Shown one piece after another: positions 21,999-24,000 of a stretch of 24,000 nt of DNA (its first letter is position 1; every line of letters starts with the position of its first letter). Origin of the DNA: an uncultured Opitutaceae bacterium (lineage in GTDB: Bacteria; Verrucomicrobiota; Verrucomicrobiia; Opitutales; Opitutaceae); the NCBI GenBank assembly GCA_964471615.1, contig CAYYGV010000007.1:33473-57472 (forward strand), in the 5' to 3' direction. The position numbers and the translations under genes were made by a program. The notes under the pieces are model-generated. The model saw only the letters and a list, made by a program, of their open reading frames with translations. It was not told the origin of the DNA and ran no database searches.

Positions 21999-22024
21999 GG
22001 GAAGAAATCGCGGCTTCGCCCGTC
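21999..22024 (+). promoter_or_regulatory. Near-match to the recurrent ECF promoter motif (P2): GGGAAG-N16-CGTC
   Basis: The sequence is gggaag aaatcgcggcttcgcc cgtc caaac acca ATG. The -10-proximal 9-mer CGTCCAAAC is identical to P1, and the ATG at 22034 has the same 13-nt offset as the sigma ATG at P1. Confidence 0.5.
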
Positions 22025-22033
22025 CAAACACCA

Positions 22034-22117
22034 ATGCACAGGAAATTGCTCCACTCCAACCCAAGTTCTGCGGCCGCAAGTCAACTGCGCTCTTTTCCGG
22101 CAAGATTGATTTCATGA
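22034..22117 (+). CDS. Possible 27-aa upstream ORF translationally coupled to the TVP38 gene
   Basis: My own translation gives MHRKLLHSNPSSAAASQLRSFPARLIS. The ATG sits at the predicted leaderless position of P2. The stop overlaps the TVP38 ATG (ATGA at 22114-22117). There is no family support, so this is speculative. Confidence 0.25.
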   Translation: MHRKLLHSNPSSAAASQLRSFPARLIS

Positions 22118-22821
22118 CACAGAGAGCAAACCCAGAGGCCCGGCCGGCATCGCCCCTGAAGTGGCTGCTCTATGCCGGCGTGGCGGCCGGCCTGATCGTC
22201 GCCGCCAGGCTTCTGCATGCGCAGGAGCTGCTCCAACAAGCTCTCGCCTGGGTGGCGCAGCTCGGGCCTTGGGGACCGGTCATTTTCGTCGCGCTCTATG
22301 TTGTCGCGACCGTGCTCTTCATCCCCGGATCGGTTCTGACTCTCGGCGCAGGCGCCGTCTTCGGTGTCGTGTGGGGTTCGGTCTACGTGTCCGTTGCCTC
22401 AACACTTGGCGCGACGTGTGCCTTTCTCGTCGGGCGGTATCTCGCACGCAACGCTGTTGCCCGAAAAATCGAGGGCAACGAACCCTTCGCCGCGATAGAC
22501 AGGGCCGTGGCAAACGAGGGCTGGAAGATCGTTGGCCTGACCCGGCTCTCGCCGGTCTTCCCCTTCACCTTGTTGAACTATGCGTTCGGCCTGACGAGGG
22601 TATCGCTTCGCGCCTACGTGCTCGCTTCGTGGATCGGCATGATGCCGGGCACGGTGATGTATGTCTATCTGGGGTCGCTGGCGAAAGCGGCATCGGGAGA
22701 ACGAATCCGCACTCCTGGCGAGTGGGCGCTCTATGTCGTCGGTCTCGTCGCCACCGTGGCCGTCACGGTGTTTGTCACGCGCATCGCGAAGCGGGCCTTG
22801 GCGGAAAAGATCACCTCCTGA
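22114..22821 (+). CDS. TVP38/TMEM64 (DedA-related, SNARE-associated) family membrane protein
   Basis: 235 aa. LGPWGPVIFVALYVVATVLFIPGSVLTLGAGAVFGVVWGSVYVSVASTLGATCAFLVGRYLAR and RLSPVFPFTLLNYAFGLT are family hallmarks. Confidence 0.85.
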   Translation: MTQRANPEARPASPLKWLLYAGVAAGLIVAARLLHAQELLQQALAWVAQLGPWGPVIFVALYVVATVLFIPGSVLTLGAGAVFGVVWGSVYVSVASTLGATCAFLVGRYLARNAVARKIEGNEPFAAIDRAVANEGWKIVGLTRLSPVFPFTLLNYAFGLTRVSLRAYVLASWIGMMPGTVMYVYLGSLAKAASGERIRTPGEWALYVVGLVATVAVTVFVTRIAKRALAEKITS

Positions 22822-22844
22822 ACGCCTCTCGATTTCGATTCAAC

Positions 22845-24000
22845 ATGAGCAAGACAATCCAGCCCCCCGTCCTTCCATGGGACACCCACAACCAGGCGCT
22901 CGTCTCCAATGTGCAACCGCCGGAGTGGACCAACCCGACCCCCGCGGCGCGTTACAATCTGGTGGTGATTGGCGGCGGGACGGCCGGACTGGTCACTGCG
23001 GCCGGAGCGGCCGGTTTGGGCGCCAAGGTTGCGTTGGTGGAAAAGCATTTCTTGGGCGGCGACTGCCTCAATGTCGGCTGCGTGCCGTCCAAGGCGATCA
23101 TCCGCGCCGCGCGCGCGGCGGCCGGGGTTCGCGACAGTGCGGCGTTCGGGATGCGGGTTCCGGCCGGCACGACGGTGGATTTCGGCGCGGTCATGGAGCG
23201 GATGCGCCGGCTGCGGGCCGGCATCAGTCCGCATGATTCCGCCCGCCGCTTCAGCGAAATCGGCGTGGACGTGTTTTTGGGCGGCGGACGGTTCACCGGG
23301 TCGGATGCGGTCGAGGTGGGCGGCCAGACCCTGCGTTTCAGCAAGGCGGTCATCGCCACGGGCGCGCGGGCTTCCGCCCCGCCGATTCCGGGGCTCAAGG
23401 ACGTGCCTTTCCTAACCAACGAGACCTTGTTTTCGCTGACCGAGTTGCCGCGAAGGCTCGGCATCATCGGCGCCGGCCCGATCGGATGCGAAATGGTCCA
23501 GAGTTTCGCCCGCTTCGGTGCGGAGGTTTTTCTGGTCGAGGCGGAGCACGGCATTCTGCCGCGCGAAGACCGGGATGCGGCGGGGATCGTGCAGGAGGCC
23601 CTCGCCCGCGATGGGGTGAAACTGCTCTGCTGCGGCAAGGATCTCAAGCTCGCCAAAGACCCCAACGGCGTTCGTCTGCAAGTCGAGTCGCACGGCCGCG
23701 GTTACGACCTCGTGGTCGATCAGTTGCTGGTGGCCGTCGGTCGCGCGCCCAACATTGAAAACCTCGGACTGGAGGTCGTCGGGGTCGAATTTGACCGCAA
23801 GGGAGTCAAGGTGAACGACCGGCTGCAGACCGCCAACCCGCGCATCTTCGCCTGCGGCGACATCTGTTCGCCGTATCAGTTCACGCACGCCGCCGACTTC
23901 ATGGCGCGCATCGTGATCCAGAACGCGCTGTTCCTGGGGCGGGCGAAGGCCAGTGCCCTCACCATTCCTTGGGCGACCTACACCTCGCCGGAAATCGCCC
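22845..24000 (+). CDS. FAD-dependent pyridine nucleotide-disulfide oxidoreductase, class I ('mercuric reductase-like' / dihydrolipoamide dehydrogenase-like), 3' end outside the window
   Basis: This ORF is not in the track because it has no stop in the window. My own translation from ATG 22845 gives MSKTIQPPVLPWD...YNLVVIGGGTAGLVTAAGAAGLGAKVALVEKHFLGGDCLNVGCVPSKAII (FAD motif plus redox CxxxxC). It continues ...LGIIGAGPIGCEMVQSFARFGAEVFLVE (NAD(P)H motif) and ...IFACGDI. There is no N-terminal HMA (NmerA) domain. Confidence 0.85.
   Translation, partial: MSKTIQPPVLPWDTHNQALVSNVQPPEWTNPTPAARYNLVVIGGGTAGLVTAAGAAGLGAKVALVEKHFLGGDCLNVGCVPSKAIIRAARAAAGVRDSAAFGMRVPAGTTVDFGAVMERMRRLRAGISPHDSARRFSEIGVDVFLGGGRFTGSDAVEVGGQTLRFSKAVIATGARASAPPIPGLKDVPFLTNETLFSLTELPRRLGIIGAGPIGCEMVQSFARFGAEVFLVEAEHGILPREDRDAAGIVQEALARDGVKLLCCGKDLKLAKDPNGVRLQVESHGRGYDLVVDQLLVAVGRAPNIENLGLEVVGVEFDRKGVKVNDRLQTANPRIFACGDICSPYQFTHAADFMARIVIQNALFLGRAKASALTIPWATYTSPEIA

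Noticed and set aside
22845-24000. Calling the FAD disulfide reductase MerA.
   Set aside because: It has no N-terminal HMA domain. The diagnostic C-terminal Cys pair lies outside the window, and the gene is not in the MerR-controlled unit. Only the class-I disulfide reductase fold is supported.
1-24000. Mobile elements, CRISPR arrays, tRNA/rRNA genes and long direct or inverted repeats flanking the island.
   Set aside because: I saw no transposase, integrase or recombinase-like ORFs, no regularly spaced repeats and no tRNA-like cloverleaf candidates in the intergenic gaps. The scan was by eye, so short or degenerate elements could be missed.

Overview
This is a GC-rich bacterial segment with no rRNA, tRNA, CRISPR array, transposase or integrase that I can recognise. 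It is a dense metal(loid)-handling region. All family calls are motif recognition by eye and from memory; no searches were run.

Gene content, left to right:
- 3' end of a P1B heavy-metal ATPase, then a DUF302 gene.
- A minus-strand unit: small secreted protein, ECF sigma, DUF5667-like anti-sigma.
- An ArsR-headed, translationally coupled four-gene operon. It encodes an MtrA-like (cobamide-binding fold)/DUF4346-like protein with cysteine clusters at both ends, a secreted protein and a Cys-rich membrane protein.
- A short CDF-like membrane protein.
- A second ECF sigma/anti-sigma pair running directly into arsM, a PiT transporter, arsS (radical SAM), DUF547, a TIGR04282-like transferase, a membrane protein and a peroxiredoxin-like protein.
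- An orphan histidine kinase.
- A CBM48 / CMD / CxxC-protein unit.
- merR divergent from a merT::HMA fusion plus a CopZ-N-terminal-like Cys-rich protein.
- A small Cys-rich membrane peptide missing from the ORF track.
- An AhpD-like/TlpA pair divergent from a GT2 (TIGR04283-like)/MTAP-like pair.
- TVP38 plus an FAD disulfide reductase that runs off the 3' end.

The main hidden signal is an ECF-type promoter motif, GG(G)AAT-N16-CGTC. It occurs five times exactly and three times with one mismatch. Every copy is intergenic and points at a downstream gene, including the second ECF sigma gene itself. Several start codons lie 12-14 nt after the CGTC, which suggests leaderless mRNAs. This ties the arsenosugar genes, the thiol-redox genes, the kinase and the TVP38/reductase pair into one putative regulon.

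The ArsR/MtrA-like operon is the best candidate for an undescribed system.
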